This document shows positions 36,591 through 50,329 of a DNA stretch of 64,000 nt, piece by piece; positions within the stretch are counted from its first letter, which is position 1, and every line of letters begins with the position of its first letter. The notes below the pieces were generated by a model. The model worked only from the letters and a program-made list of their open reading frames with translations. It was not told where the DNA came from and did no database searches. A program made the position numbers and the translations under genes. Location: positions 170,314,001-170,378,000 of the forward strand of contig OX597814.1 in NCBI GenBank assembly GCA_951406725.2. Direction: 5' to 3'. The DNA is from Octopus vulgaris. Its lineage: Eukaryota.

Positions 36591-36929
36591 CATATATGTG
36601 TGTGTGTATATATATATATATATTATAGCAGAATGCCTAGCATTGCCCAGGAGGGAAAGTGTCTATAAATAATCCAGAATTGCTTTTAATGAAGGCAGGT
36701 TTTAATAGAACATTTCTAGATTCCTCTTGAAAGGTTAACTTTTATGTAAGACTGCTATAAATGTATTTTCCAATACATTTATAGCAGTCTAGTGTCTTAA
36801 CATGCTGGGTCTTGAATAGGTACTCAAAATTTATGGTATATTTTGTAATGCAATGGTGTAAATTACATAAATCTAAACCAGAAATGTTAAGTAAATGTGA
36901 AAAGTTTTATTTCATGTGAAACTTGTTAT

Positions 36930-37110
36930 CTTTTATTGTGTTTTAGTCATTGGGGTGTGGCCATGCTGGGGCACCACCTTGGGTTTTGTCAAACAAATTG
37001 ACCTCAGTATTTATTTATCTATTCAGTCTCTTTTGCCAGACTGTCAATTTACAGGGACATAAGCAAACCAACAATGGTTGTCAAGGTATAGAAGGGGGAC
37101 AAACAAACAA

Positions 37111-37150
<40 letters not shown>

Positions 37151-37420
37151 GTCTGATACAGCCCCTCAGCTTACCAGCTCTGGTCAAACTGTCCAACCCA
37201 TGCCAGCTTGGACAACAGACATTAACTGATGATGATGATGATAATATATGATGGGCTTCTTTCAGTTTCTGTTTATCAAATTCACTCAGAAAGTTTCGAT
37301 TGGCCCAGGGCTATATAGTTGGTAAAAGACACTTGCCCAAGATACCATGTAGTGGGACTGAACCCAATCCCACATGTTTGGGAAGCAAACTTCTTGACCA
37401 CACAGCCACATTTACACCTA
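36930..37420 (-). mobile_element. Diverged SINE A1 with a family B tail fragment (about 37155-37243, + strand) inserted at its microsatellite
   Basis: A1 tail and head flank gtccaacccatgccagcttgg...(GAT)n. Confidence 0.7.
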
Positions 37421-38467
37421 TTATTATGGAAGATAATATATTATTTTTCATTATTACATATTATCTTTTTGTCACATAAAAAAAAAGCATCCAGTTCATC
37501 CTGTAAAGTGGTTGGTATTAGGAAGAGGCATCCGCCTGTAAAAATCATGCCAAAACAGACAATGGAACTTGGTAGTTTCCTGGCTTGCCAACTCCTGTTA
37601 AACTTTCCAACCCATGCCAGTCAGTATAGAAGATGGATGTTAAATGGTGACAATGATGATTATCTTGTATTCTTTAATTCTCAGTACAATTTGAAAAATG
37701 TGTAGAAACTGGGTGATAAGGAGGTAAATAACATATGGAAATTAAGTCATTCTCTTATAATTTGTAGACACCAGAATGCCCAAATGAGAGCCACTCATCC
37801 AAATATTGGAAGTGCAATACATGCAGTTATAAGGAATGAATTGTATTCAGTTCCAGCCTATATGATATTAGATCCTTACCCATCATAGTCTTGGCATTTC
37901 TGAGCATTATAGTCCAGTACATTAGGATATTCAATGGTTTCTGGTTTTAGCAACATGAGTATAGCTACCAGAGACTGTGGGCTCTTCCAGCACTTGAGCA
38001 CTTTATATAAAATTAGCTCTTTAAGATGCCCTCCAGCCACTATCAATGTTTTGTCCACGGGATCTATTGTTTGACTAAGCAAAGTTTATGTGTTCTAGAA
38101 ATCGAAGTCTTCTAAATTGAATTGGTCTTCTCTTGGTTTGTGTGTGTGTGTGTAAACGAATGATTTGCTACTGGTCAGATACATGCCACTGCCCACTCAA
38201 ATATTTCTCTTAATTCATTTTTGTTAAATTATGCAAATCACTTAGGCCATAAATGTGTTCTGCTCTTTTTCGTATAAGTCTGAGTCCTTTGGCTACTGGA
38301 GATATGGGCAGACAATTGTGCTGATGATGACTAATTGCACCAGAAATATGTGTCCATGACTGTCTTCTTATTCTCCAGGAATTAAGCCTGTCCTTTTCCT
38401 TAATGGCAAATCAACTTTAGAGAATCTTGAAACTATTTCCCCTTCTCAAATGGAGCAGGTTTTAATT

Positions 38468-38850
38468 CATCATCATCATCATCATCATTTAATGTCCGTT
38501 GTCCATGCTGGCATGGATTGGATGGTTTAACTGGGTTGGCATGCTGGAAGGCTATGTCAGGCTCCAGTCCAATTTGGCATGGTTTTCTACATCTGAATGT
38601 CCTTTCTAACGCCAACAACTCCAAGAGTGTAATGGGTGCTTTTACATGCCACTGGTATGGATGCCATTTGCGTGATACCGATATCTGCCATGACTGCAAT
38701 TTTACTTGGCTTGATGGGTCTTCTTCTCAAGCACATCATAATGCCAAAGGTCTTGGTCATTGCCTCCGTGAGGCCCAGCACTCGAAAGGAACTCAGTCAC
38801 CTTACCTCCGTGTGGCCTAACACTCGAAAGGAACTCAGCCATTTTGCCAT
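38468..38850 (-). mobile_element. RTE-LINE ORF end plus 3' UTR (family B) with 42-bp tandem duplication
   Basis: Minus reads LGLTEAMT...EKTHQAK* then B-family UTR and (GAT)n; cactcgaaaggaactcag repeated. Confidence 0.8.
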
Positions 38851-39759
38851 TTGGTAATTATGATACATCCTCTAGAAGTGGAGATAATTCTAATAGATCA
38901 GGAATTTATTTTGTATGGTATTAGATATACCTGTATTTGTCAATGTCATTCAAATACATGCAACTGACCACTTTGAGTTAATCCTCTTAGCCTGTTTGTG
39001 TAAATATATATAATATATTTGTATGTGTGTGTGTATGCAGAAGAATAAACAGAGTGGGAAAGAGAAAGCCTGGCACTTGTAAGAACAGAATTGTTGCAGT
39101 TCATTGCATGCTAACAACAAATCACTTGATTTTGCTTTGGAAGCTGTCAAAATTTTGTACAGCTATCCTCCCACACTTTATTTCAATAATTACTATTCAC
39201 CATCAACTCTGATTTAAAGGTGCAAGATCATTGGACCTAGGTTCTTGAATTGAGACTTTGCTACAGCCATTATTATATGCCTTTAGACAACATGCATTAA
39301 GTTTGGTTACCTGTGTCTGATTTGCTGAGAAATAGGTTGGCTGAAATATATATTTCAATTGGGTGGTAGCTGTATGATGTGTGTGGAGGGATTTGGCTTA
39401 GTGGTTAGAGGTGTTGGACTCCTGATCATAAGATTGTGGATTCAATTCCTTGACCAGGTGATACATTGTGTTCTTGAGAGCAAAACAGCAGCTCTCAAAA
39501 ATAGCAGCTTATACACTGGAAAATATGGTAGTCTTCTAGTCTTTTGATTGCTGGTGTCATGTAGAAGTGCCAGTGCCACATAAAAGCACTCAGTATACTC
39601 TGTAAAGTGGTTGGTGGTAGTAAGAGCATCCAGCTGTAGAAACCATACCAAAACAGACAAATTGGGTTTGGGCTGGTCAACTCCTGTCAAACCGTCCAAC
39701 CCATGCCAGTATGGAGAACAGACTTTAAAAGATTATGGTGGTGGCGGCGGTGGAAGTTT

Positions 39760-39826
<67 letters not shown>

Positions 39827-41481
39827 ATAATGTTTATATGTGCAGGGAAGTAGCAATACCCAGATTTGAGTTGTGTTTGGGCTCTCTGTAAAGACGGTTA
39901 GAGGTTCTAGATCAAATCCTTACAGACTTGTGGATATCCAAAAACTTAAGTATCCATTCTAAATACATTTTGGCTGATTTGAATGTGAATCACTGTTGTT
40001 TTTTTGTTATCGGAGAACAGCTCCTCCCTTCAGATGATGTTTGTTTGTTCGTAGCACATTCAATTCTGATATCTTGCGTGTACACTGAATTACCGTTCTA
40101 TGGAAATCTGTTCCATTCCAATTAAACTGTCTTAGAGATAGCTTATACATTACAGTCCCTGCAGTCTTTCTTTGCATATTTTGCAACTATTTTCAGCCTA
40201 TTGATCTGTTTTGTGTACAAACCTGGCAACATGCTGCACTTAATACATCAAATATTTTCAACACATCATATAACGCTCAGTCAATTGCTCACTATTTTAC
40301 TTAGCTCCCTCTGTCTCTTCTAACCATGCATTTCTAACTCAACTACATATAACCCACTAGGTTTTTGTTTGCATTTTACTTAATAATTTTCCAGTTTATT
40401 TGTATAAATCTATTAAACTGGGTTGATTTACCTTTTAGACCTACCCAATACCTGTCCTGTATTAAGTATTTCTGTTTTTACTTTTTTTTTCTTTTCCTTT
40501 ATCATTTACATTGCATCATTTCTCAGGTCTTCCCTTACCATCTCTCTTCAGTTTTAGGAAGCTGGAAGTGACGCTCCAAGAATCTTCCAAGCTGCATTTC
40601 CTCTAATCAGGTATCTGCTAGCCCTGCCCTCGCCTTCTACTTTTGTTATTACTTTCTCTAAGGTCACATGAACTTAGCTTAACAGAGCCAGACTTTGCAA
40701 GTGTTTGAGTCCTCCCCCTGATGAGCTGGTCTTCCAGTGTAATTTATTATTGATAGACTCAAGTCATAAATTATGTAAATCTGTATCTACGATACATAGA
40801 GTCCCTTATCTGATTGTATATAAGACATATTTTTCTCAAAAATATACAAATCATGTATATATATATAAAGACAAAGAGAGGGAGAAAGAACAGTTAAAGC
40901 CAAACTCCAACATGTTGAATGACCATTTTTTTCTTTTTATAAGATAAAAATAAAATAAAAACAAACGGACTTTTCTCCTTGGTACAAAAATGATGTAAGG
41001 TGGGTGGAATAAATGAAGTCTATTTTATTAGTTACCGTGGTCAATACAAAACTAGTTTTGTGATTAATGTGAAAACCAAATAAATCAATTTTAAAAAAGG
41101 AATTTAATTTAGAAGCACATTTTCTGATCTTCAATTGTATGTACCATATTTTAAGAAAAAATATAATAGCTGTAAAATATATTTACCTTCATATATATTT
41201 ATCCACATCAATTCATATGCAGGTACATAGCTGAGTGATTGGGGTATTACACTCACAACTACATGATAATGGTTTTCATTCCGAGCTTGGCTGTGTGTTG
41301 TGTTCTTGAACAAAGCACTTCATTTATAATATGAGGAAGAAGATTGTGACCAGTGTGTCTCACAACAACTAATAGGTTGGGTGATACAGTAATACATACA
41401 CATATATATAAATTCATGCGTGCACACACACACACACACAAATGGCCTGGACTGAATGAGAATTTACTTTTACTAGCTTAA

Positions 41482-42566
41482 CCCCTTTCGTTACCAAACC
41501 GCCCAAAGTCGCCTGAAAAAAAATTTGGTTAATGTGACCAAACCACCCAAACCCGCCCGAATTTACCTATTCATATTTAAATGAGAATATCAGAGCAAAT
41601 CTCTTTAGTACATTCGTGAAAACACGTGATAATGCTTCGTAAACAATTCATCTACAGTTTTGTACAACGATCGACATGCAATTTTAATTCCCTGAATTTT
41701 GGGAGATTTTTTTCCACATTTTTTTGGGCATCGATTTTTCTTCAACTTTGAAAATGGATAGGAGTTTCATGTTATCAAACATTGATTCCGAATTGGAAAA
41801 TTTGTGAAACAAATACTGGGTACTGTTGTGGATTTAGTTTTTATACAGGGAAACTAATGTTAGTCAGCATGGCTTAGGGTACGATGTGGTTTGGAAGTTA
41901 TTGTTTGAAGCGATCAATGCGGAAACAAACTTACGCAGAATGTAAACAAAACACAAAATGGGGGATCAAATTTCGGAAAATTTGTGAAGCAAATACTGGG
42001 TACTGCGTGGATTTAGTTTTTATACAGGGAAAATAATGTTAGTCAGCATGGCCTAGGGAACGATGTGGTCTGGAATTTATCACTTCCATACCATAACCAG
42101 GGCCGTATATTATTTCTTGACCGATTTCTTTAGTTCGGTCAAACTTACGGTGGATTCCAGTATTTCACTTTATTCCACCTTTATGGTACACCTGTTGTGC
42201 ATTAAATTCAACTGATGATATAGTGATGTGCACAATTCTTCTTTATCAAAATTTTGTTGCATACCTATTTGAATATTAGCTGATGATTCATTTTCTATGG
42301 TGATGTTTAAACAAAATTTTTATATTTTTACCTTTTGCTCAATTTACCTGGATTTACCTGTAATTAAAGTCACATTCTGAGACAAAAGTTATGCAATAGA
42401 ATTGATTAAGAACCCTTTCTTTAATTATCTTCCAAATATCACAATATGTTGATAAGTAAAAAAGTTACAGTTATTTAATGAAACAAGCCTAGATTCATGA
42501 TTATTTTAGAATTTAATTGAAACTCATGAGGGGTGTATTTTGGTCAGAAATATAGTAACAAAAGGG
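41482..42566. mobile_element. Non-autonomous piggyBac-like element, 1085 bp
   Basis: TTAA-CCCCTTTCGTTAC ... GTAACAAAAGGG-TTAA; subterminal accaaaccRcccaaa repeats; internal 106-bp direct repeat 41795-41901 / 41975-42080; no long ORF. Confidence 0.85.
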
Positions 42567-43323
42567 TTAAAAGCTGCATTCCATGCAGAGTTTTAACTTG
42601 GCTCCTGTGGAGTGCTAATTGGGCCTGTGACCCAAAACTAAAGTGAGCAATAATAATGAAGCATTTATTGGTGGTATTACCTCAAATTCAGTTTAAATGA
42701 AAAACTTCACAAATTTTTGGAGTTCTTTTAAAATTTGAATAGAAGATGTATGTGTGTGTGTGTTTATGTATTGTGACTTTGTGTCTGTGTTTGTCTCCTA
42801 CTACCACTTGATACTGTGTTTATGTTCATGTAACTTAGCGGTTCGGTAAAAGAAGCCAATAAAAAAGAAAGAACTACCGTCAATTTGTTGGATTAAAATT
42901 CTTCAATGCACTGCCCCAGTATGGCCACGGTCTGATGACTGAAAATGATAAAAGAACCACTAAATCCCTTAGTAAAACTTAAAGCTAAGGGAGGTAACTC
43001 ATTTACCTCTCACGGTCGCTTTACCTGCTAGAAATAGCAACCCAAATGTTTTTAAATCAGATCCCAATGCTGGATGTTCAAGAACCAAATGAAGGGTAGA
43101 TTTTCAATCCTGGGATTATCCTGATTCCAAAAAGGTATAATATGTTCATGTAGAGCAAATGTAGACTAAGATACAGGGGTCCCAGACAGACAGAATTTTC
43201 TTTTATTAATATAAAATGTTTTGCTTTCTGGCATTAAGTGCAGTCATTTCAATGTAGCAGTAATTTCACTAAACATCTTTTCTTAATTGGTTGTCATTTG
43301 CTTTTAACCACCAAATTTAGAAT

Positions 43324-43739
43324 CTCTCTCTTTTACTCTTTTACTTGTTTCAGTCATTTGACTGCGGCCATGCTGGAGCACCGCCTTTAGTCGAGCAAAT
43401 CGACCCCGGGACTTATTCTTTGTAAGCCCAGTACTTATTCTATCGGTCTCTTTTGCCGAACCGCTAAGTGATGGGGACGTAAACACACCAGCATCGGTTG
43501 TCAAGCAATGCTAGGGGAACAAACACAGACACACAAACATACACACACACATATATATATGTATATACATATATACAACAGGCTTCTTTCAGTTTCCATC
43601 TACCATATCCACTCACAAGGCTTTGGTCAGCCCGGGGCTATAGCAGAAGACACTTGCCCAAGATGCCACGCAATGGGACTGAACCCGGAACCATGTGGTT
43701 GGTAAGCAAGCTACTTACCACACAGCCACTCCTGCGCCT
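43324..43739 (-). mobile_element. SINE A1, full length (decayed + strand A1 tail at about 42770-42955)
   Basis: Near-identical to 11378 and 35745 copies. Confidence 0.92.
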
Positions 43740-44496
43740 ATCTTGGTTAGATCTGGAATTGTGGTTAAAACACAGCCTGATCAAGGTGTGAGTTACTTTA
43801 GTCCATCTGTGGAACTAAATACTTCTGTCTCTGATAAATTTGTGTCCTTGAGCAGTCAATATAAGAAATAATTATCATGACAGCAACAAGACATTAATGT
43901 CAGCTTAATCAAAGAAAACAGATGTCATGCAGTGCAGACCTACACAACGTCTGCCAACTTAGGAAATGGATATAAGACATGACAATAATGATGATAGTCT
44001 AATAAGATAGTTCCTGATGGATGTGTAGGTTGCCTACCATCACTCTTGTTTATGAAGAAGCCTTAGGATAGGCTACTTAAGTAAACATATGAAAATTTAG
44101 TCAAACAAAGAAGCAGTTCTATCTGTAATTTTATTTATGGAGATCTTTGTTTTGACATTTTGAAACTTAATTGAAGAAAAGTAGACTGCTGCATGAAGCA
44201 GGTCAAGTAAACAAACCGCTTAAAATCCTTTGTTTTGTTGAGGCTGGGTCAGCCCTGATAGTGCAGTCCTATGATCAAAGACATTCAGCCTCTGACCATC
44301 CAGTGAAAAAAAAAAATTTTTTTCTTCCTTTATTTAATTTTTTCAGGCTTTTGTTTTTCTATCCAATATGTAGATTTCTGTATTAGGATAGATATTATTG
44401 TTGATTACCATTTTAAATTATATTTGACCACTGTACAAAAAACAAAAACAAACTCCAAACATTTCTGTGGAATCAGACTCTGATTTATAGGTTTAA

Positions 44497-44717
44497 CCCT
44501 TTAGCATTCACATTTCTCTGTCAAACATAATGCTTCTTTCTTCTCATTGTTTTGAATTAATCATGCATTATCTTATAGCTTCAAGATTCCGTTGATGTGA
44601 TTTGTTTCTTTTTAGGATGACATTGTAGGGTAGGTACGAGAGGCCAGATCTAGCTGGTTTGAACATAAAACAGGTAGAATATTTGTGCTGTATATGCCCA
44701 GTTTAAGCACTAAAGGG
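44497..44717. mobile_element. piggyBac-like MITE family E
   Basis: TTAA-CCCTTTAGCATT ... GCACTAAAGGG-TTAA. Confidence 0.88.
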
Positions 44718-44829
44718 TTAAACTGATTGTTTATGTCATCAGTACGAGGGAGCCTCTAACATGGTCATTTGACCTGTTATCAATAGAAGCCAAATCACTG
44801 TTGTGAAAACTATACAGACCATGACTTCA

Positions 44830-45049
44830 CCCTTTTGATGCCAACCCGGTTGAAACCACCTCTGGCTCTGTAGTACGAATGTCTTGTTTTCAAAAGTTCT
44901 GAAATAAAATCCTTCACCAAACCTTAGTCACAATTTATGTTCCTAACACTAGCTTAATAATAACTAAGTTATTTTATTAAATTCTTTGTTATATTTAAAA
45001 TTAATTGAAAGAAACAGAACATCTCAATAGAAATATGGTAACAAAACGG
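44830..45049. mobile_element. piggyBac-like MITE family F (opposite orientation to 14522)
   Basis: Reverse complement matches 14522-14742; ends ggtaacaaaacggTTAA. Confidence 0.85.
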
Positions 45050-45198
45050 TTAAACATTCATGAGTTTATTGCAAATGGGTGCTGGCAAAATTTATAGCTC
45101 TGTGTTACTGATGAACATTACTTGTTGTCATAGATTCTGTTTTATTTTTATGAAAATCTTCCTCTCATGATTTTAAAAAGATGGTAACAATAGTTTAA

Positions 45199-45500
45199 TC
45201 ATCATCATCATCATCATCATCGTTTAATGTCCGTTCTCCATGCTGGCATGGGTTGGACAGTTTGACCGGGGATCTGGGAAGCCAGAAGGCTGCACCAGGC
45301 TCCAGTCTGATCTGGCAGTGTTTCTACAGCTGGATGCCCTTCCTAACGCCAACCACTCCGTGAGTGTAGGGGGTGCTTTTTATGTGCCACCGGCACAGGG
45401 GCCAGACATGGCTGGGAAACGGCCACGATCGGATGGTGCCTTTTACGTGCCACCGGCATGGAAGACAGTCGAGGCGGCACTGGCATCGAGGCGGCATTCT
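45199..45500 (-). mobile_element. Young RTE 3' UTR (family B)
   Basis: (CAT)n cgtttaatgtccgttctccatgctggcatggg...gcccttcctaacgccaaccactccg; CpGs retained. Confidence 0.85.
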
Positions 45501-45554
45501 TGTATAAATTTGCTTCTCAATTTACACAATATATATTGTACCTCTCACTCTCTC

Positions 45555-45898
45555 ATCATCATTGTCATCATCTCCTTTAATGTCTACATTTCCATGCTTG
45601 TGTGGTTTAGAGGAATTTGTTGAGGTAGACATTCCATAGGTGAATGCCATTCTTGTTGCCAAGCCTCACCTGTTTCCAAGTAATATTTTGTCATAACCAG
45701 GTATGTTTTTATAGAAGATTGGAAACAGGTACTGCATGATGGTGGCACTTGTTTACAACTATCACACAATGTCAAGACAAGCAGACATGAATACACACAT
45801 GCACACAACAGGCTTCTTTCAGTTTTTGTCTACCAGACCCACTCACAAGTGGCTATTGTAGAAGACACATACCCAAGGTGTCATGCAATAGGACTAAA
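45555..45898 (-). mobile_element. SINE A2 (diverged)
   Basis: ttccatgcttg tail, cctcacctgtttccaag body, cttctttcagttt head part. Confidence 0.65.
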
Positions 45899-46045
45899 CA
45901 TTAAACCTGAAGATCTCCCCCTTACATTCCTCTTCACTGAGCATTCCTAATCTTGTGGGTTCATGGGTGCTGGTGCTACATAAAATGTACATGTACCAGT
46001 GCTGCATGAAAGCACCTGGTACACTCTGTAAAGTGGTTGGCATTA

Positions 46046-46277
46046 GGCGGCGAGCTGGCAGAAACGTTAGCACGCCGGGCGAAATGCTTAGCCGCATTTC
46101 GTCTGCTGCTATGTTCTGAGTTCAAATTCCGCCGAGGTCGACTTTGCCTTTCATCCTTTCGGAGTTGATAAATTAAGTACCAGTTACGCACTGGGGTCGA
46201 TGTAATCGACTTAATCCGTTTGTCTGTCCTTGTTTGTCCCCTCTGTGTTTAGCCCCTTGTGGGTAGTAAAGAAATAC
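46046..46277 (+). mobile_element. SINE group C, full length, inserted into a family B copy (about 46000-46420)
   Basis: ggcggcgagctggcagaa head, GAGTTCAAATTCC B box; 10-bp TSD GTTGGCATTA at 46036-46045 and 46278-46287. Confidence 0.9.
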
Positions 46278-46982
46278 GTTGGCATTAGGAAAGGTATCCA
46301 GCCATAGAAACCATGCCAAAACAGACATGGAACCTTGACAGCCCTTCAGCTGGTTAGCTCCTGTCAAACCATCCAACCCATGCCAGCATGGAAAACGGTC
46401 ATTAAATAGTGATGATGATGGTTGGGTGGCAAGCTTGTTAACCACATAACCCTTGCCTGTATCTCGTCTGTGTGTGTAAATGAAAATTCAGCAAACAAAA
46501 AAAAAACAAGTTATATATATTTATCAAATTTTTAGTGAAAATAGCTGCCAAGAATATGCCTCTTCTGAGATGTTGGCTTGTCTTTCGCTTGGAATTATTC
46601 TGTTGGTTTTCTTTCTCTTTCCTTCTTGTTGATGATGTTTTCTTAATATATCCACGTATATTAATGTTGATTGTAATTACTGGAAAATTATATAACTAAT
46701 ATAGATTGCTGGTGCCTGTATCAATTTACGGTTTGGCTTCTTAATCAACTTCTGTATGACTTCATTAACACTGTCTTTACAATTAACTTATTTGTTTGTG
46801 ATTTTCCAACAAAATTGAATCATAGCTTTCAATTCATACCTATGTTACAAGCCTTAGAGTTTCTTCTGTTGTGTGTATATACATCTGTATGTATACATAT
46901 GTATATGTGTGTGTGTGTGTGTATGTATGTATATATATATATATATATATATACTTTATTTAAAAGCAGCAGAAAATTCAAC

Positions 46983-47030
46983 AAAACCTGTTACTCTGAG
47001 TTTCACGTTCCCGTTCGTCGGACAGTTTTT
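46983..47030 (-). ncRNA. Type I hammerhead-like motif in a ~120-bp module between (TA)n tracts
   Basis: Minus: CTGT-CCGACGA-ACG-ggaa-CGT-GAAAC-TCAGA-GTA-ACAG; U4 replaced by C. Confidence 0.6.
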
Positions 47031-47071
47031 GCTAGAATTACTCTACCACTGGTATTTGAGTACTCTTTTCC

Positions 47072-47113
<42 letters not shown>

Positions 47114-47269
47114 CTGTCATACATACACAGACACACGCATTATTTAAGTGAATTTCTTTTCATGTCAGGAACAATAGCTATAAAGACTTAGTGGCCATCA
47201 TTGGGATATTCTTGCAGCAAGAACAAAAAGTTTCGAGTTCAAATCCAATGAGCATGTTTCTTTGCGTTT

Positions 47270-47582
47270 TTAGACAGGATATAGAAGCCTGTCAAGTGTG
47301 TGTGTGTGCACATGCACATGAATGCATGCATGTCTGTTTGTATGTACCCTTGTCTTAATATCATGGTTGTAAACAAGCATTATCAGCACACAAGCAATAT
47401 TGTTTGTTTCCAGTCTTCCACGAAAATCATGCCTGGCCATGGGGGAAAATATTGCCTCACTTGGAAACAGGAGATGGTTGGCAATAGGAAGGGGCATTCA
47501 GCTGTTGAAAATCTGTCTCAACAAATTCTATCTGACCCATGCAAGCATGGAAAAGTAGAAGTTATATGATTATGACAATGAT
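47270..47582 (+). mobile_element. SINE A2 3' part
   Basis: cttggaaacaggagatggttggcaataggaagggg...cccatgcaagcatggaaaag. Confidence 0.7.
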
Positions 47583-47676
47583 ATTCTGCTTTAGCATAGG
47601 GATTTTGATAAGCTTACCTTTGATACATCGGTGTCTTATACAAAGGGAAAGATAGATTTATCTGTTATCTGCTTAA

Positions 47677-47896
47677 CTCTTTAGTGTTTAAACCGGCCAT
47701 ATCCGGCCAAAATATTCTACCTATTTTATGTTCAAACTAGTCAGATATGGTCATTCATAGCTACCTTATTGTGTCATTTTAAAAATAAACAATCACATCA
47801 TTGAAATCTCAAAGCCATGAAATAATGCAAGATTAATTTTACATGGTGTGAATACATAAGCTTTATATTTGACAGAATAATCTGAATGCTAAAGGG
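47677..47896. mobile_element. piggyBac-like MITE family E (decayed copy also 48089-48238)
   Basis: TTAA-CTCTTTAG ... GCTAAAGGG-TTAA. Confidence 0.85.
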
Positions 47897-48398
47897 TTAA
47901 AGCTACATATCTGAAACTAAGCACCTACTCTTTAGAATTTGCTTGGGGTTTAGGAAGCATTGTCTTGAGTTTGTGTTAGCCTGTCTAGCTTAGAAAGAGA
48001 CTGTTCTTCTATCAGCTGTGAACCATATACTTTTGGTGACTGCCATTCCAAATACAGTGTTGCTGCTGTCTTGTGATTTTGAGTTTAACCGGTTAGCATT
48101 TAAATGACCATATCCAGCACAAATTTTCTGTTTTATGCTCAAACTGACCAGATCTGGCTTTTTTCACCTACCCTACAGTAGCATTCTTAAAAACAGTTAC
48201 ATCAATGAAATCTCGAGGGTGTCAAATAATGTTAAAGGTTAAGGGAGGAGAAAAGGATAGCAGCCTGTATGGCTCCAATTTTGAGTTGGATATTGGGCTA
48301 TAGGATTATGTCTTATTAATAAACATCTCCAACTCTGTGCAAGATTCACCTCCAGGGTTCTAACACAATAAGCACCTGGATAAAGTTGATATTTTAAA

Positions 48399-48601
48399 GG
48401 CGGCGAGCTGGCGCTGGGCGAAACGCTTAGCGGTATTTCATCTGCCGCTACATTCTGAGTTCAAATTCCGCTGAGGTCGACTTTGCCTTTCATCCTTTTG
48501 GGGTCGATTAAATAAGTACCAGTTACGTACTGGGGTCGATATAATCGATTTGATCCGTTTGTCTTCTCTGTGTTTAGCCCCTTGTGGGTAGTAAAGAAAT
48601 A
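48399..48601 (+). mobile_element. SINE group C
   Basis: Near-identical to 46046 copy; 10-bp TSD GATATTTTAA at 48388-48397 and 48602-48611. Confidence 0.9.
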
Positions 48602-49052
48602 GATATTTTAATGTGTCATTGTTAGCTCCTTGTACAAGAACTCTTGTCTTCTATAATTTAAAACAATACTTAGATGTAATAGTGGACTAGATTAACTGGA
48701 GGATTTGTTTATCAAAGCGTATTAGAACAGCATCTCATTGCTTACCCTTAAGAGGACTTGAATTCAACACTGCAAGTATAATTTGTTAAATTATACTGCA
48801 CTTGCACTGCTAACACTGACAACACCTACTTAACCATGGAAAGTATTTACAGTTGAGTAAAGTGAACAGGCAGTAGCTGTCTCATTGATATGACACAGTT
48901 TGTGTGTAAGTTGCTTACTGCCCATCATTTTGGCAGTGAGCAGCTTATTGCCCAAATGATGAGACATGAGCTGTCGATGCAGTGATCAGTTGTTAGAGAT
49001 CTTGTCTTCTCAGCCAGCTGTGATTCTATTTAGAAATTTGTATAAGTACATA

Positions 49053-49720
49053 TAGGTGCAGGCATGGTACCTTGGGTGTCTTCTACTATAGCCCCAGCCC
49101 AACCAAATTCTTGTGAGTGGTTCTGGTTGGTGGAAACCGAAAGAAACCTGCTGTGTATATATATTTATATATTTATATGTATCAAGTGAAAATCTAAATC
49201 GATCAACATCAATGGAAATTGCAGCTGTGATACCAGTGCCGGTGGTACGTAAGAGAACCATCCGAACGTGGCCGTTTGCCAGCCTCGTCTGGCATGTAAA
49301 AAACACCCACTACACTCACGGAGTGGTTGGCGTTAGGAAGGGCATCCAGCCATAGAAACTCTGCCAGATCAGACTGGGCCTGGTGCAGCCTTCTGGCTTC
49401 CCAGACCCCAGTTGAACCGTCCAACGCATGCTAGCATGGAAAGCGGACTCTAAACGATGATGATGATGATGATGTATATGTGTTACTTTCTCCTTGTCTT
49501 GACCTTATATGAGAGTTGTAAACAAGTGTTACTGTTAGGTGGGTGGTGTCCTGTTCCAATTTCCAGCCTCTGGTCATGAAGAAATATTAACTTACTTGGA
49601 AACAAGTGAGGGTTGGTGACAGGAAGGGCATCTAGCTATAGAAAATCCGCCTCAACAAAAATTCCATTTAACCCATGCAAACATGGGATTGTGTACATTA
49701 AACCAATGCTGATGATGACA
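49053..49720 (+). mobile_element. SINE A2 with a young family B insert (49183-49474) in its internal microsatellite
   Basis: A head before, A2 body and tail after; insert ends (GAT)n. Confidence 0.8.
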
Positions 49721-50280
49721 GCAATGACATATGGAATTGGTTTTTCAGTCGCATATCTTACAATATATAAACTTGGTGCTTCAGAAGTATGATTAACTAA
49801 TTTCCAAATATATTAGACTAAACATACCTAGGAAGGAGAGAGAGAGAGTGTCCTAAAATAATATAATCATGTAAAAAGTCTGGTGATAGGTTTTTACAAT
49901 GTTTGCTGCATCACAAAGAGAGTAATGGAGAAAAAAAAAAAATGTTTGTGTGTGTAGAACAGTTATCACCTTAGACCTCTAACTTCATCCTCATCTTGTG
50001 ATATTTATGTCTCTTGTCTACTGCTTTTGTGGTATATGTCATGTTTGGAATTGAAACATAATTCATAGTTTGCAAGAGGTAGGTGTGTGTGTGTGTGTGT
50101 GGTTGGGGTACTTCAGTTAAATGAAAAAAAAAAATTTAACGTCTTTCTATATTTATTTAGACTTGAATTGCAGCGTCATATTATATTATGTTATCTAATA
50201 TATATTTATGTGAATAAATATATATACCTATATCATAGATATACAATGCTGGAGTATATACATACACACACACACGTGTA

Positions 50281-50329
<49 letters not shown>

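Noticed and set aside
32680-40340. Candidate host exons or old LINE pieces at about 32680-33200, 37700-38430, 39850-40340
   Set aside because: No convincing open frame with splice sites or recognisable motif; small exons cannot be excluded without RNA data.
40705-40762. Hammerhead-like CTGATGA-gctgg/ccagt with distal ttgagtc/gactcaa pairing
   Set aside because: GAAA is GTAA, no stem III, and stem I is offset from the core; at best a dead relic.
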